Source: an uncultured Poribacteria bacterium (GTDB lineage: Bacteria; Poribacteria; WGA-4E; WGA-3G). From it: a stretch of DNA of 64,000 nt. The stretch is taken from the NCBI GenBank assembly GCA_951813565.1, contig OX638351.1, forward strand, positions 5,056,001-5,120,000. Direction: 5' to 3'. Position numbers and translations under genes: made by a program. The notes beneath the pieces were generated by a model, which saw only the letters and a list, made by a program, of their open reading frames with translations, had not been told where the DNA came from and ran no database searches. Below are positions 49,101 to 57,040 of the stretch, piece by piece (position 1 is the first letter of the stretch; the number at the start of each line of letters is the position of its first letter).

Positions 49101-51118
49101 CCAAAATCCATCACGTTGAGGTAAGATTTGGCGATGTTAGCATGGTATTCGCGAGCATTCGCGCCGTCTACTTCTATCAAGTGCATGTAGATGGCATTTG
49201 CCTCATCACGTCTACCTTGGCGGGAATAGACTTGGGCGAGCCATCGGTTCACAACAACATCATTAGGTTTGAGTTGCTTCGCTTTCAAAAGAACTTCCAA
49301 TGCATAAGTTACATTCCCTAACTTCAGATACATTTTGGAGAGTTGCTTTTGGTGCGTAAATTTGCCCGTATCAGTTAACCCTGGCTTTTCAAGTTCGGTT
49401 TCCAAAGCTTCGATCTTGTCAACGAGTGTGCCTTGCCTACGATAAAGTTCAATTCTTTTATCATCCATCTTTTCGGCAAAAAACTGATTTGGTGCAAGTT
49501 TCATCGCCGCTGTGTATTCCGTGAGCGCTTCATCAAACTTTCTATTGTCCATCAAATGCTTTGCCAATGTTTCGCGATAACGGTATTCATCTGGCATCAA
49601 CTCAACGGCTTTTCGAATTGCAGCTATAGCCTCAGTTTTGAAATTCTTTGCGTTAAGCAACTGTGCTAATCGGTCATAATTCACCGCGGTAGCTTTATCA
49701 TTGGCAACCATCCGATTCCATGTCTCAAGTGCTTTCTCACGATTTCCTTGACGGAAGTAAAATTCTCCAAAATACTCAATATAATCGAGATTATTCGGTG
49801 CAAGCGAGATCGTTTTTTCATATTGTGCAATGGCATCGTCTATCCATTCGTGTCCAGCGTAAATCTCTGCCAAGATGAGGTGTGTACTGGCATTGTTCGG
49901 ATCACGATCAATCATCCGCTGATAAGTTGCCTTTGCTTTGTTCTCACTTTCTATTTGCAAATACAACTCACCGAGTTCTCTGTAGATACCGAAATTGTCA
50001 GGGTCTTGTTCACTGAGGACTTCGTATTCCGCTGCTGCTTCCACAAATTTCTCAGCATTGCGAAGGGCGGTGATAAGGTTTAAACGTAGGTTTGCATCTG
50101 TTGAGGCAAGTTCAAGTCCTTTACGGTATGCTTCAATACCTTCTTCAAGTTGTTGATTCTCTATATATGCTGCTGCAAGCAATCCGAGCAGTTCCGGTTC
50201 ATTAGGGCTGGTTTCGAGTTTTTCCTGATAGTATTCTATTAAACCTTTCCAATTACTATCAGCTGCGAAAATACCGATGATACGGTGTTGGAGGTCTTTA
50301 CGTAGCCAATTGCCTGGGGCGGTTAATGTCAGTGCAGCATCGTAACTTTGGATTGCATTTTGATAGTCGCCTTTTGACTCATGGATATTGCCAATTTCTC
50401 TATGACTTAAGCAGATTCTGTAAGGGTCATCCTTTTTCAGTTGAATAATTGCCTCGTGCTGTGCGATAGCTTCTTCGTATAGTTCCTGTTCACGGAAAAG
50501 GTCTGCAAGTTCAATACGGGCAAAAATATCTTGCGGATCAAGTTCTGATATTTTTTGCCATGCCTGAATTGCTTCATCAACCCTATCTCGGCGGAAATAG
50601 GCGTTTCCAAGTGCCTTGTATATTGCTGTTAATTCTTCGGGAGGGACATCTTGTGTTTGTTCAGACAGTGCTGCTGCCTTTGTCAACGCTTGGATTGCAT
50701 CTCCATGTTGACGCAGGGCTTCATGCATCTGTCCCAGGGCAAAATGGGAGTAATATTTGCTCGGTGCGAATTCGACAGCACGTTGATATGCTGCAACCGC
50801 CTCAGCGTCTTTGCCAAGTCGTTTGTAAATGTGTCCTAAAATAAGTTGGAGATTTGGATCGTTAGGTTTGGCTTGTGCTTCTGCCTGATAGTCTGCGACC
50901 ATGGCATCTAAACCTGCACCTTCAAGGTAAAACTGATAAAGACGGTCAAATGTACTCCCCTCTTTTGGCTTACGACTTAGCATCAGTTTATAGCGTTCAA
51001 TGATTTTCTCATTGCTCGCTTCATCTTGGGAATTAGCCATAAATGGGAGATATAAGGTAGAAAATATAAGACACAGCAAGCATGCGACAGTTAAAAAGTG
51101 TATGCGTCTAAACATCAA
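40190..51118 (-). CDS. Giant secreted TPR-repeat protein (3642 aa) with two LamG domains and two C-terminal beta-sandwich domains
   Basis: Signal peptide; dozens of TPR-like repeats; two copies of ALxLxGNGSxVEI...LVGYWKFD; two copies of W..LGPF...F.SDD.G.IWLNG...L..G.NTIL.K. Confidence 0.88.
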   Translation of the reverse strand: MMFRRIHFLTVACLLCLIFSTLYLPFMANSQDEASNEKIIERYKLMLSRKPKEGSTFDRLYQFYLEGAGLDAMVADYQAEAQAKPNDPNLQLILGHIYKRLGKDAEAVAAYQRAVEFAPSKYYSHFALGQMHEALRQHGDAIQALTKAAALSEQTQDVPPEELTAIYKALGNAYFRRDRVDEAIQAWQKISELDPQDIFARIELADLFREQELYEEAIAQHEAIIQLKKDDPYRICLSHREIGNIHESKGDYQNAIQSYDAALTLTAPGNWLRKDLQHRIIGIFAADSNWKGLIEYYQEKLETSPNEPELLGLLAAAYIENQQLEEGIEAYRKGLELASTDANLRLNLITALRNAEKFVEAAAEYEVLSEQDPDNFGIYRELGELYLQIESENKAKATYQRMIDRDPNNASTHLILAEIYAGHEWIDDAIAQYEKTISLAPNNLDYIEYFGEFYFRQGNREKALETWNRMVANDKATAVNYDRLAQLLNAKNFKTEAIAAIRKAVELMPDEYRYRETLAKHLMDNRKFDEALTEYTAAMKLAPNQFFAEKMDDKRIELYRRQGTLVDKIEALETELEKPGLTDTGKFTHQKQLSKMYLKLGNVTYALEVLLKAKQLKPNDVVVNRWLAQVYSRQGRRDEANAIYMHLIEVDGANAREYHANIAKSYLNVMDFGAATTAAKQVIANSPRNPEGHQLLAQIAKQSRNYDTAIDSLKQAIRLRPEAIDTRAELAAIYKLSGKLQQALAQYWRCWDLSRTVSEKLAFVGPLSEAYYDLGRRGEFEEKLKQLSKSSTSDVAPVLALSELYRMDGDLPNARFQLARALDKDRKNPDLLSKLVEISLDLGDNQDALTYQQRLVKAHPESFHQQKFGELLFDAGREQEAIQAWTKLLHAKNQTLEADVKLAALLLRHGLSDEAFLVLDRAAEKITGTDAHIPLYRLGVMLVGMNESERATTYFHKILDMPEPPQNMSKQKDARPTIFASSSIPGIEINKFEISRGSIGRIQSKPTFAGASMPWMPKIFEEAQAGALVQLTTIAQQQGKLPELVKHFETDAETNPTNIKTLETLAQFYTLIQNNDKAKNVIDKLIEISPNDLAYQPLRLQRLIQEDLSYETLKESLADMPGLVPEARLRYIGEYAKELYRDDKKEDAKKLLSEIEDIKVTDFSTGYELVDAFHVTKKIDIAEKILINLPIPPQKQHGQYRRLFERLTDTYIDQGELNKTVALFWTFCERTKPNASNPRRVAALSLANYYYGSYRRVQSTFPTPTAYFNQERLNYLRSIFREFWMRDQQEVLYKKFQKELDAAEGRDRIYPSLALSYCYWWDGKRDLAQEVLSTLQKEFPDDLTLKLNTAFVSIQTGEFREALVMLEDLAEREPRNRRQYYDLLLQLAVHTGDAVTIRDLIAKILNSPTGAQELYDFSQSLQDAGFTQYAIAAAKKAMALAMTQRSPNFLMNLSQHLRQLGRGQDAALLAERALRFANQPDRYGRTMYAWNFQQATNIVGRSQSMQDRENHFIAEVEKNPESFQAQIRLAMFYEGTNKIDKASEAFKAALKLQPKDSATRLRHIQMLERNGKAVDAVPEYSILLKNNSTALGYNYRNAIDAFVEAGKMDELIALTKEIILPVGQYAGNDFTQEVAQRCLTEDRPQDAVDIFEKILQVHPSWDYIHRELASAYVAAGDPEKAIQYLTEKQKLGKTSLSQTQFVLKLAEFHEKAGGREKAIQYLREQSKTDDISDIQVSYVLRLANLYKKNDESEDEKSDELESFIAEYEAKLAESPSDAKLLYLVASMKLKADDIEGASLHVNHLIENALTSVSTQWLYNLANACEGNELQFRLLEAAAEKLESQNSWELEECYKKLGEAYAKIDELEKAQNAFRKMGTIQTMQDSSRSVYEKRQLGSKYMQHQMWDDAEAIFTEIINDLSASSYNREYAQDRFMRIKQQRGDLDATEELAEKTQEMSIGMQRAMAEEFVQRDEEDKAIEIYERIVETVPEDFKSRAQLAKLYTSMDQHEKAAQTWTELLEADPENTKYQDGLVKSYQDADKPNDALELAQKYIEAEPEIGVHYVRLAKLYADENKPDEALTTYQKAIELAPGDRQIHLDMAALYFSNDDVAATEKAFRDAIQYTVSDYDRRNIERKLINLYRYQGNLEEMLQKAEDEGTLTFEMQKVRAEHFLNAGELEKSVDAYKRARDMTTSSYEKERISAELLKVYVELGEMDSVIETYETQANTNTNSRTLRYSSSYSSLGITARYDVDTARDTLISAFNDQIKLDDLKTHYEGKLEENKENSVALRVMAKIYWDAKDYQKAAEMYKALGKAKSDDLRNLYYAAAALEKNKQPELVKETLKRAEKALASSSKRTDMWFLGTVATFCIENKMYEPAIELTKSAIDASSSYSGSSIQDTLREMLAKSYREAKRYEEAIDAYQEMASRATSDSTQNKAKNAIREIAKDGKLYEKWIPEQLKKVEENPNDSKLILKLAESYEATNKTKEAIGQYVKLSTLQPKKTQWHKKLGDLYQNLPPASERRKTGEVVEGTALTLGGNGSFVEIGDSESLNNITDQVTVSAWIKPTKFPNGYSPFISKTDEWDSNFKKRSFFLNLKDDRSIQFAASPDGESDASIYSSKGIIEPNTWHHIAGVVDTKNDIIKLFIDGIQVNQRDFKGEQRIYQSNLALRIGWTHEEVSAHTAFVGQIDEVCVWNVARTEQQIRADMNKQLNGDEQGLVGYWKFDTETEGRVSDSSPNKNDGKLIGNATLSPYTRPVFESVGDTALSLDGNGSYVEINGSESLNEITEQVTVSAWIKPTDFLNTYTTVLFKGDKRIPDISHRQFTLWLFDEGKILFNASPGGHPQKFIWSPPNTIEKNKWYHVAGTIDAKNDIMKLYLNGFEVGRNDFKQANSLRKTTLPFRIGCSHEEEISEHASFAGLIDEVRIWNIARTEKQIRSDMNKQLNGDETGLVGYWKFDAETDGRVSDSSPHKNDGKLIGNAKLESYTRPIFGSLKTEHLIKATSSYEKAIELQPKSYQSYDLLAKLFVKQNLTSEAQAVYRRALDAPLTQGNHNSAIRAIADLYTDEGQENKRIAILEELIPKGEGSAELHELLGDLYKKTDESEKAELAYAKWLKIREKAVNKQSAYYQRRFAEELLEKGLYPDIALKFAKRALQGYTGTSYYYPMTLGHACIANERYDDALRNYKYALSIITSDYSSEQFWKKVADLRKKANDKERYAQMLDGLIKTIPPESSSNRAHAYRTLAQFYSENDTPENVESYLFSKTGFVPETRWITLGPFKNVDSIGHRNAYIPEETSQIDTTAKYYGKDGLISWKESEYVLLDGHYNFGSDKDGQAAYVWAIVISPDKRDITFRFDSDDQGTIWLNGQHVFKHDRTSGISFDRYTIPVTLKQGENTILMKICNSTQSWGFYLRLTDEDGTPFTDLKFKTAEELLNAPPPKPSFHLNVNLGLAEYYSKNNMPDKAMEQMLQTGIVHENAWLVLGPFDNTAEIGYNTKYISEDTTQFDPTAKYEGADGQISWQTFTDDAFDGFVDLGKDINWRVSYAWANVISPDEREVQFRFGSDDEGKIWLNGKEVFAKPNGGWAVIDDNVIPVTLKAGKNTILVKVCNKELSWGFYLRITDADGKPFEDLKIGDASVD

Positions 51119-51497
51119 AAAACCTCCATTGGGAATAGGGCAAGAGTGAACAGAAATCTTTTTATAATGAATATTTCTTAGCGTTTACGGCGTTTGTAGT
51201 CGCGCAATTCATTGCCAAATCAACGGTCCGAATGCCCTTTGGCATTCCCCGTCCGGCATGCTGCCAAATCAACGCCAAATGCGCTTTTTGGCATTTGGCG
51301 GGTGTAAACTTAAGCACATAATTACCAGATTTTCTCTTGTGGGAGGGGTTTTCAACCCCGATTTCTGATGCTATATTATATCGGGCGGACAAGGTCTCCC
51401 TCCCACAAGAGAAAATACAGCATTTTTTCTTAAGTTGACACTTATGGGTAGAGCGAAGCGAAACCCAACAATTCAACCGTCTTGGAAGTAATTTATA

Positions 51498-51865
51498 CTA
51501 TAGTTTGGACAATTTACATATTGTTCGAGGACTTGCTGAGAAACTGTTAGGTGTCCAAAGCAAAATATTGGACACCTGTCGCCCCGCTGGGGCTTTAGAC
51601 AGCGGCAATTACCTTCTTCTATATACCTGTCGCCCCGCTGGGGCTAAGGTGTCATCTTATATTATTTATATTTTCTGCGATTTTGCTGGCTGAAAGAACT
51701 CGTCCAAAAATACCTTTTGGGCAGCCCCAGCGGGGCGACAGGTGTATAGAAACGCGGTAAACAACCCGCTTCAGCCCCAGCGGGGCGACAGGTGTCCAAT
51801 ATGAAAACTATATGTTTTTCTCTAACCCAACCTCACGAAAACAGCTAAAATTGTCCAAAGTATAG
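51498..51865. mobile_element. MITE family B, second copy (inverted)
   Basis: Reverse complement of 32310-32677; 9-bp TSD TAATTTATA. Confidence 0.92.
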
Positions 51866-52155
51866 TAATTTATAGTAAAATCCAATAATATGTTCACATT
51901 TCAATGAACAGCAATTCCCACACGCATGCGCTGGCGAGGTTTCCTAACCTCGCCAATGTAAAGGTAATTGTGAATTTTACTATAAAGTTGAGTTTCACTC
52001 ATTTTCCTGTTATTTCGGCATCAAATGGAGAAAAAATCGCTCTTTTATGTCCGATTTTTTGTTTATTCCGTTCTACCCAACGGACAGTGGTTATTAAATT
52101 TTATTATCAAACTCACGTTAGGTTATAATATCATGGATTCGATGATAAAGTATAT

Positions 52156-52983
52156 TTAAGCAGAAGCAAGCACACTGTCCATCACCTCTTGCCATCTACC
52201 CTCAAACTTCTCACCAAACTCTTTTTTACCACCCGTTGCCAAAGGACCGGTAATCATCGGTTTAGTAGCGTTATTCCGTTCCCAGAGTTCCTTACCACCG
52301 AAATCGTTATGGAGAAAATGCAAGGCAACGCCAGCGCGTTCTTTATCTGTGAGATTCGATCTGGTGCAGTGCGCAACGCCATAACAAAAGAAAAGCACGC
52401 CGCCTGCCTTTAACTCAATCGGCACAGCGCGTTCTTCAGGTGGATCGCAACGAATATGGTGGTCGCTCAACGGGTCTTTATAGTGTTCATAGGATTCCCG
52501 ATGGCTACCCGGAATAACGTGAATACACCCGTTTTCCACGTTTGCATCGTGAATAGCGATCCACATCGCAGTGCCGCGCAACGGGTCAGCAATTTTGAAA
52601 TAGGCGTTATCCTGATGCCAACTTGTACCGATACCGACTTTCGGCGGTTTCCAAAACGCCTGATCCAGTTCCAACATAAATTCATCTCCGATGAGCTGTT
52701 TGACAGCAGAGACAACTTTCGGATGAAAAGGTAACGCTTTGTGCAAGTCGCTACGATTGTTTAGCGGAATAACCTGAAGGTTCTGGCGTTCACCTTCATT
52801 ATCGCGTTTAGTGCCGTCCTCTTGCACTGCGCAATTGATGCCGGTTCCTTTTTCGAGCTCGGTGTTGTATATCCGTTCCAATTCAAGTCGAAGTGCATCT
52901 GCTTCAACAGGGGAGAAAAAACCATCAATTGCCAAGAATCCATTTTCTCGAAATTGGGCGAGTTGTGTGTCTTTTAACTGCAT
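52156..52983 (-). CDS. PhyH-family Fe(II)/2-oxoglutarate dioxygenase
   Basis: WHQDNAYF, MWIAIHDANVENGCIHVIPGSH, HCTRSN...R. Confidence 0.9.
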   Translation of the reverse strand: MQLKDTQLAQFRENGFLAIDGFFSPVEADALRLELERIYNTELEKGTGINCAVQEDGTKRDNEGERQNLQVIPLNNRSDLHKALPFHPKVVSAVKQLIGDEFMLELDQAFWKPPKVGIGTSWHQDNAYFKIADPLRGTAMWIAIHDANVENGCIHVIPGSHRESYEHYKDPLSDHHIRCDPPEERAVPIELKAGGVLFFCYGVAHCTRSNLTDKERAGVALHFLHNDFGGKELWERNNATKPMITGPLATGGKKEFGEKFEGRWQEVMDSVLASA

Positions 52984-53077
52984 ATTAATCTATTTTTCCT
53001 ACTTTCACTTGATTGGGAATTTAAAAATAAGCCGATTGTTAGGATACAAAACCTATACATATATATATAAACTAAAT

Positions 53078-53423
53078 GAGGGGTGTGAATAAATAATTCC
53101 GATGTTAAATATGTGTTTAAAGGTAGTCCGCACACGCCGTGGGCTTCCGTCCACGAGTTCAAAGAGGCGCAGCATGTCGGACGGGGAATGCCATAAGGCA
53201 TTCGGACCCGGTGAATGACTAAAGACGAATGCGCTTGGTAGAATACGCTTTTGGTATTCTACATGATTCGCCATGATTCATACCGTTGATTTCTTGATTT
53301 GGCGCATGCTGCGTTGATTTGGCAATGAATTGCGCGACTACAAACAGCATTTCTATAAATCAAGCGGCACATGGCGTCTGTCCCTGTCTGTGTTGATCCG
53401 CCAAATATTTATGCACACTCCTC
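53078..53423. mobile_element. MITE family A, second copy (inverted, 346 bp, extra nested inserts)
   Basis: TIR GAGGGGTGTGAATAAAT / ATTTATGCACACTCCTC; imperfect TSD AACTAAAT/AAATAAAT. Confidence 0.8.
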
Positions 53424-53602
53424 AAATAAATTGTATCACATTTCAGATTTATTTTCTATAGATTTTAAAATTCTTGGTTTATGGAAGAGATACGCTACAA
53501 TCTATAAGGTTGCTCATAATTTACCGAATGCTTCCAAAGATTAGCGAACTTTTTCTAATTTGAATTGACTAAATGACAAAAAGAATATTTAGAAGGATTT
53601 TC

Positions 53603-54766
53603 ATGTTACGTAAAACTTTATTCATACTCATTATTCTGTTAGCAGCGTGTTTCGTCGCACTCACGCTCAACATTTTCGATTCTGCTGAAGTTGAAGCAGA
53701 GAAAGCAGTAGAAATCGCCGAAATATCAACAAAACCTTCCATTGTAGCATTGGCAACTGTCATGAAAAGTTTTCGCAACTCACTGAGCGAAGAACTACTT
53801 GCTGATGCTTCCTTTCCACTTGGACATAAAGAATCGTATTCATGGTCAAATTTACCGCCAGCAAGGGACGAGGACCGTGGGGGTATTGCTTTCGGTAAGT
53901 TGTCCGTAGATCAATTGACTCTTTTCCATAAAGTTTTAGATGCGTTCTTGAGTGATGAAGGTTACACAAAAGTTTCTCTGGTTACCACAAAAGCTGAAAC
54001 AGATATCAGCAAAATAAGACACAGTTTTTGGAATTCACGACCTTACTTTATCGCACTGTTTGGAAACCCTGAGACAGACGGATCGTGGGGATTTCAGCTG
54101 GACGGCCATCATTTATCTCTCAATTTTCTGGTACACGGTGATGAAGTCTCTATTGTCCCATTCCATATCGGAACGCAACCAACAACTATCAATGGCACTG
54201 TAGTACTTAAGGACGAGAGAGGAAAAGCATTAGCATTACGCAACAGTCTCAACGCGAAGCAAAAAGAGATGGCAATACAAATAGGGAGACGCGGTTTAAA
54301 AGTTGGGCCGGGTAGTACAACCGACCCTTACCTGAATTACGATTATTCACACTTCGTGGGTGTCGGTTTAAAGGCATCAGACATGAACGATGCACAAAAA
54401 GAAAACCTTCGGAATTTGATTAAAACGTACGTCTACAATCTTGAAACAGAGTTTGCGAATGTTTGGATGAAAGATATTGATGCTGGATTTGAAGACACCT
54501 ATTTTGTCTGGATCGGTGGCACAACAGAAAACGATTACATTTACTATCGTGTCTTCAACCCCGCTGTCTGGATTGAATTCAACGACGAAGGTAGGGGACG
54601 TGGTGCCCCGAACCATATTCACACAATTACAAGATCACCGAATGGAAATGACTACGGCATTTTTGCCTTAAATAGCGGACCAAAAACACTCTTGGAACAC
54701 TATGCTATGGCAGATCATCACAAAGTAAACAACGAATTATTTGATTATTACATTTCTGAAAAATAA
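53603..54766 (+). CDS. DUF3500-family secreted protein
   Basis: WSNLP, FLSDEGY, LFGNP....WGFQLDGHHLSLN, YFVWIG, YYRV..P.VWIEF, NHIHTITR.PNGNDYG. Confidence 0.82.
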   Translation: MLRKTLFILIILLAACFVALTLNIFDSAEVEAEKAVEIAEISTKPSIVALATVMKSFRNSLSEELLADASFPLGHKESYSWSNLPPARDEDRGGIAFGKLSVDQLTLFHKVLDAFLSDEGYTKVSLVTTKAETDISKIRHSFWNSRPYFIALFGNPETDGSWGFQLDGHHLSLNFLVHGDEVSIVPFHIGTQPTTINGTVVLKDERGKALALRNSLNAKQKEMAIQIGRRGLKVGPGSTTDPYLNYDYSHFVGVGLKASDMNDAQKENLRNLIKTYVYNLETEFANVWMKDIDAGFEDTYFVWIGGTTENDYIYYRVFNPAVWIEFNDEGRGRGAPNHIHTITRSPNGNDYGIFALNSGPKTLLEHYAMADHHKVNNELFDYYISEK

Positions 54767-54965
54767 CTGCTCATTAACAAAAAGTGTGTTCGTAGTCGCG
54801 CAATTCATTGCGCCTCTTACACCATTTCTGAAAAATAACTGCTCATTAACAAAAAGTGTGTTCGTAGTCGCGCAATTCATTGCGCCTCTTACACCATTTC
54901 TGAAAAATAACTGCTCATTAACAAAAAGTGTGTTTGTAGTCGCGCAATTCATTGCGCCTCTTACA
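54751..54965. repeat. 3 x 72-bp tandem repeat containing the REP GTAGTCGCGCAATTCATTGCGC
   Basis: Units start at 54751, 54823 and 54895 and are nearly identical. Confidence 0.92.
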
Positions 54966-54999
54966 TTAACACAGATGCTGCAAATCTGAAGGAGCACTA

Positions 55000-55599
55000 A
55001 TGTTTGATAAAGTCTTAGAAGAAGTTGAGCAACAATGTCGCGCAGAACGAATTCCGATGCTCGGCCCCAATAAGGCGAAATTGCTCGCAAGTTGCGTTGA
55101 AAAAGCGAAACCATCCATCATTGTGGAGTGTGGTACTGCCATCGGTTACTCTGGGTTGTGGATGTTACGCGTGTTAAAAACTTTAGGCACAGGACGTTTG
55201 ATAACGGTAGAGATAGACACAAACAATGCACACCGTGCCCGTGATAATTTTGAAAAAGCAGGTATGGCAGACCTTGTTGATTCACGTATTGGCGATGCCG
55301 CAGAAGTCCTAAAAACTATTCAAGACCCTGTTGATTTTCTATTTCTTGACAACAATAAAGATGGTTATTTTGCATGCTTCAAAGCAATTGAATCCCGGTT
55401 AACCGATCCTGCAACCATTGTAGCAGACAACGTCGGTAGAGCGGACCAGATGGCAGATTATCTGGAGCATGTCCGTTCCAACTACGACTCCGAAACGCAC
55501 TGGTTTGAAAGTTGGCGGCGAAGACGTGGCGGGAACGAAGGAGATAATCAAAGGGAACGAAGGCGCGATGGGATGGAGATTAGCATCTATCGCAGTTGA
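55000..55599 (+). CDS. O-methyltransferase (Methyltransf_3 / TrmR-like)
   Basis: VECGTAIGYSG, TVEID, GDA, DFLFLD, VADNV. Confidence 0.85.
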   Translation: MFDKVLEEVEQQCRAERIPMLGPNKAKLLASCVEKAKPSIIVECGTAIGYSGLWMLRVLKTLGTGRLITVEIDTNNAHRARDNFEKAGMADLVDSRIGDAAEVLKTIQDPVDFLFLDNNKDGYFACFKAIESRLTDPATIVADNVGRADQMADYLEHVRSNYDSETHWFESWRRRRGGNEGDNQRERRRDGMEISIYRS

Positions 55600-55806
55600 T
55601 GAATGCAATGTAATACCATTAAAAAAAAATAACGCCTCTTGAAAGAAATAGACCGTTGGTAGTCGCGCAATTCAACGCCAAATGCGACGAGTGCCATACG
55701 CGCGCTCGGCGTTGATTCTGCGTATGGCATTTGGCGCCTCGGACATTTCTTTTTAAAAGAGAAAATAATTCATAGAACTGGTATAAAATTTAAATAGGAG
55801 GATTAG

Positions 55807-56829
55807 ATGAAAAAACACACAACACCAATTTTTCTATTGGGTTGGTCATTAAGCATATTAAATGTCCTTACTTTTATAAATGGTGTCAACGCGCAAGAAT
55901 GGTCCCAGAAAGCAGATATGGTTAATCCGAGGCTTTTTTTCTCAGTTGCTGCGGTTGACAACGAAATCTATGTAATCGGTGGCATGCTTGCATCACCAAT
56001 TGATAGTGTTGAAGCCTACGTTCCGGATACGAATAAGTGGGTTGAGAAGACGAGTTTACCATCTGCACGGGCAGGCGTAGTTAGTTGTGAAGTCGACGGA
56101 AAAATATATGTAATTGGCGGATGGGACGGGCAAAATCCAGCTCTCGGCACAGTTGAAGAATACGATCCAAAAACTAACACTTGGACACAAAAAGCAGATA
56201 TGCCTACCCCGCGTTCATTCTTTTCCGCTGTTGCCGTAGAAGGTAAAATTTACGCATTCGGTGGAGTGGCTCAAAATGTTGGTCCTGTGTTATCGACTGT
56301 AGAAGAATATGACCCGAAAACTGATACTTGGACAAAAAAAGCAGACATGCCAAACACACGTTCGGGGATGGCTGCAATCGTGTTTAGGGACAAAATATAC
56401 CTCATCGGTGGAGTCCAAAACGTGCAAGGCCCCGCAGTTAAAAACGTAGAAGAATATGACCCAAACACTGACACTTGGACAAAAAAAGCAAATATGCCTA
56501 CCCCAAGGACTGCTCTTGCAGTTAGTAAAGTCAATTCAAAAATCTATGCGATTGGTGGGACGTCTGTTGTCCAAGGGCCTGGATTGACAACAGTTGAGAT
56601 TTACGATCCATTAACAGATATATGGGAGAAAAGCACGGATATGCCAACAGCACGGGTTTTCTTGGGAGCAGGAACCGTCAACAACAAAATCTACGCTGTA
56701 GGAGGTGTGGTTGAAGGGCTTGGTCCCCAAATTTTGCCTACCGTAGAGGAATTCACATCCGATAGTCTAAGCATAGCAGCATTGGATAAATTTCTCACGT
56801 TCTGGGGAAATATAAAAATTGAGAATTAG
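55807..56829 (+). CDS. Secreted Kelch-repeat protein with C-terminal WG.IK tail
   Basis: Six KIY.IGG...VEEYDP.T.TW.KKA.MP..R repeats; tail LDKFLTFWGNIK. Confidence 0.9.
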   Translation: MKKHTTPIFLLGWSLSILNVLTFINGVNAQEWSQKADMVNPRLFFSVAAVDNEIYVIGGMLASPIDSVEAYVPDTNKWVEKTSLPSARAGVVSCEVDGKIYVIGGWDGQNPALGTVEEYDPKTNTWTQKADMPTPRSFFSAVAVEGKIYAFGGVAQNVGPVLSTVEEYDPKTDTWTKKADMPNTRSGMAAIVFRDKIYLIGGVQNVQGPAVKNVEEYDPNTDTWTKKANMPTPRTALAVSKVNSKIYAIGGTSVVQGPGLTTVEIYDPLTDIWEKSTDMPTARVFLGAGTVNNKIYAVGGVVEGLGPQILPTVEEFTSDSLSIAALDKFLTFWGNIKIEN

Positions 56830-57040
56830 CCTGTTATTCCTACAAGAACATATATCCTTAAATTGACATTCACGGGTAAGAGTGGTTTCCTAACCGCTCC
56901 GTATTCTCCTAAAATGCTCTTGTGGGAGGCGTTTTCAACTGTACCCTGCTGGCGAGGTTTCCTAACCTCGCCAAATTACCGATTTATTTTCTTAAACTTC
57001 ATCAAAACACGCCTACCAAGAAGTGAAAATTGGCAAGCAG

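Noticed and set aside
40284..50844. Many short ORFs overlapping the giant TPR gene (likewise those over smc, recG and serA)
   Set aside because: Alternative-frame or antisense shadows of long, well-supported CDSs.
54751..54965. Possible CRISPR array
   Set aside because: Units repeat along their whole length with no unique spacers, and there are no cas genes.
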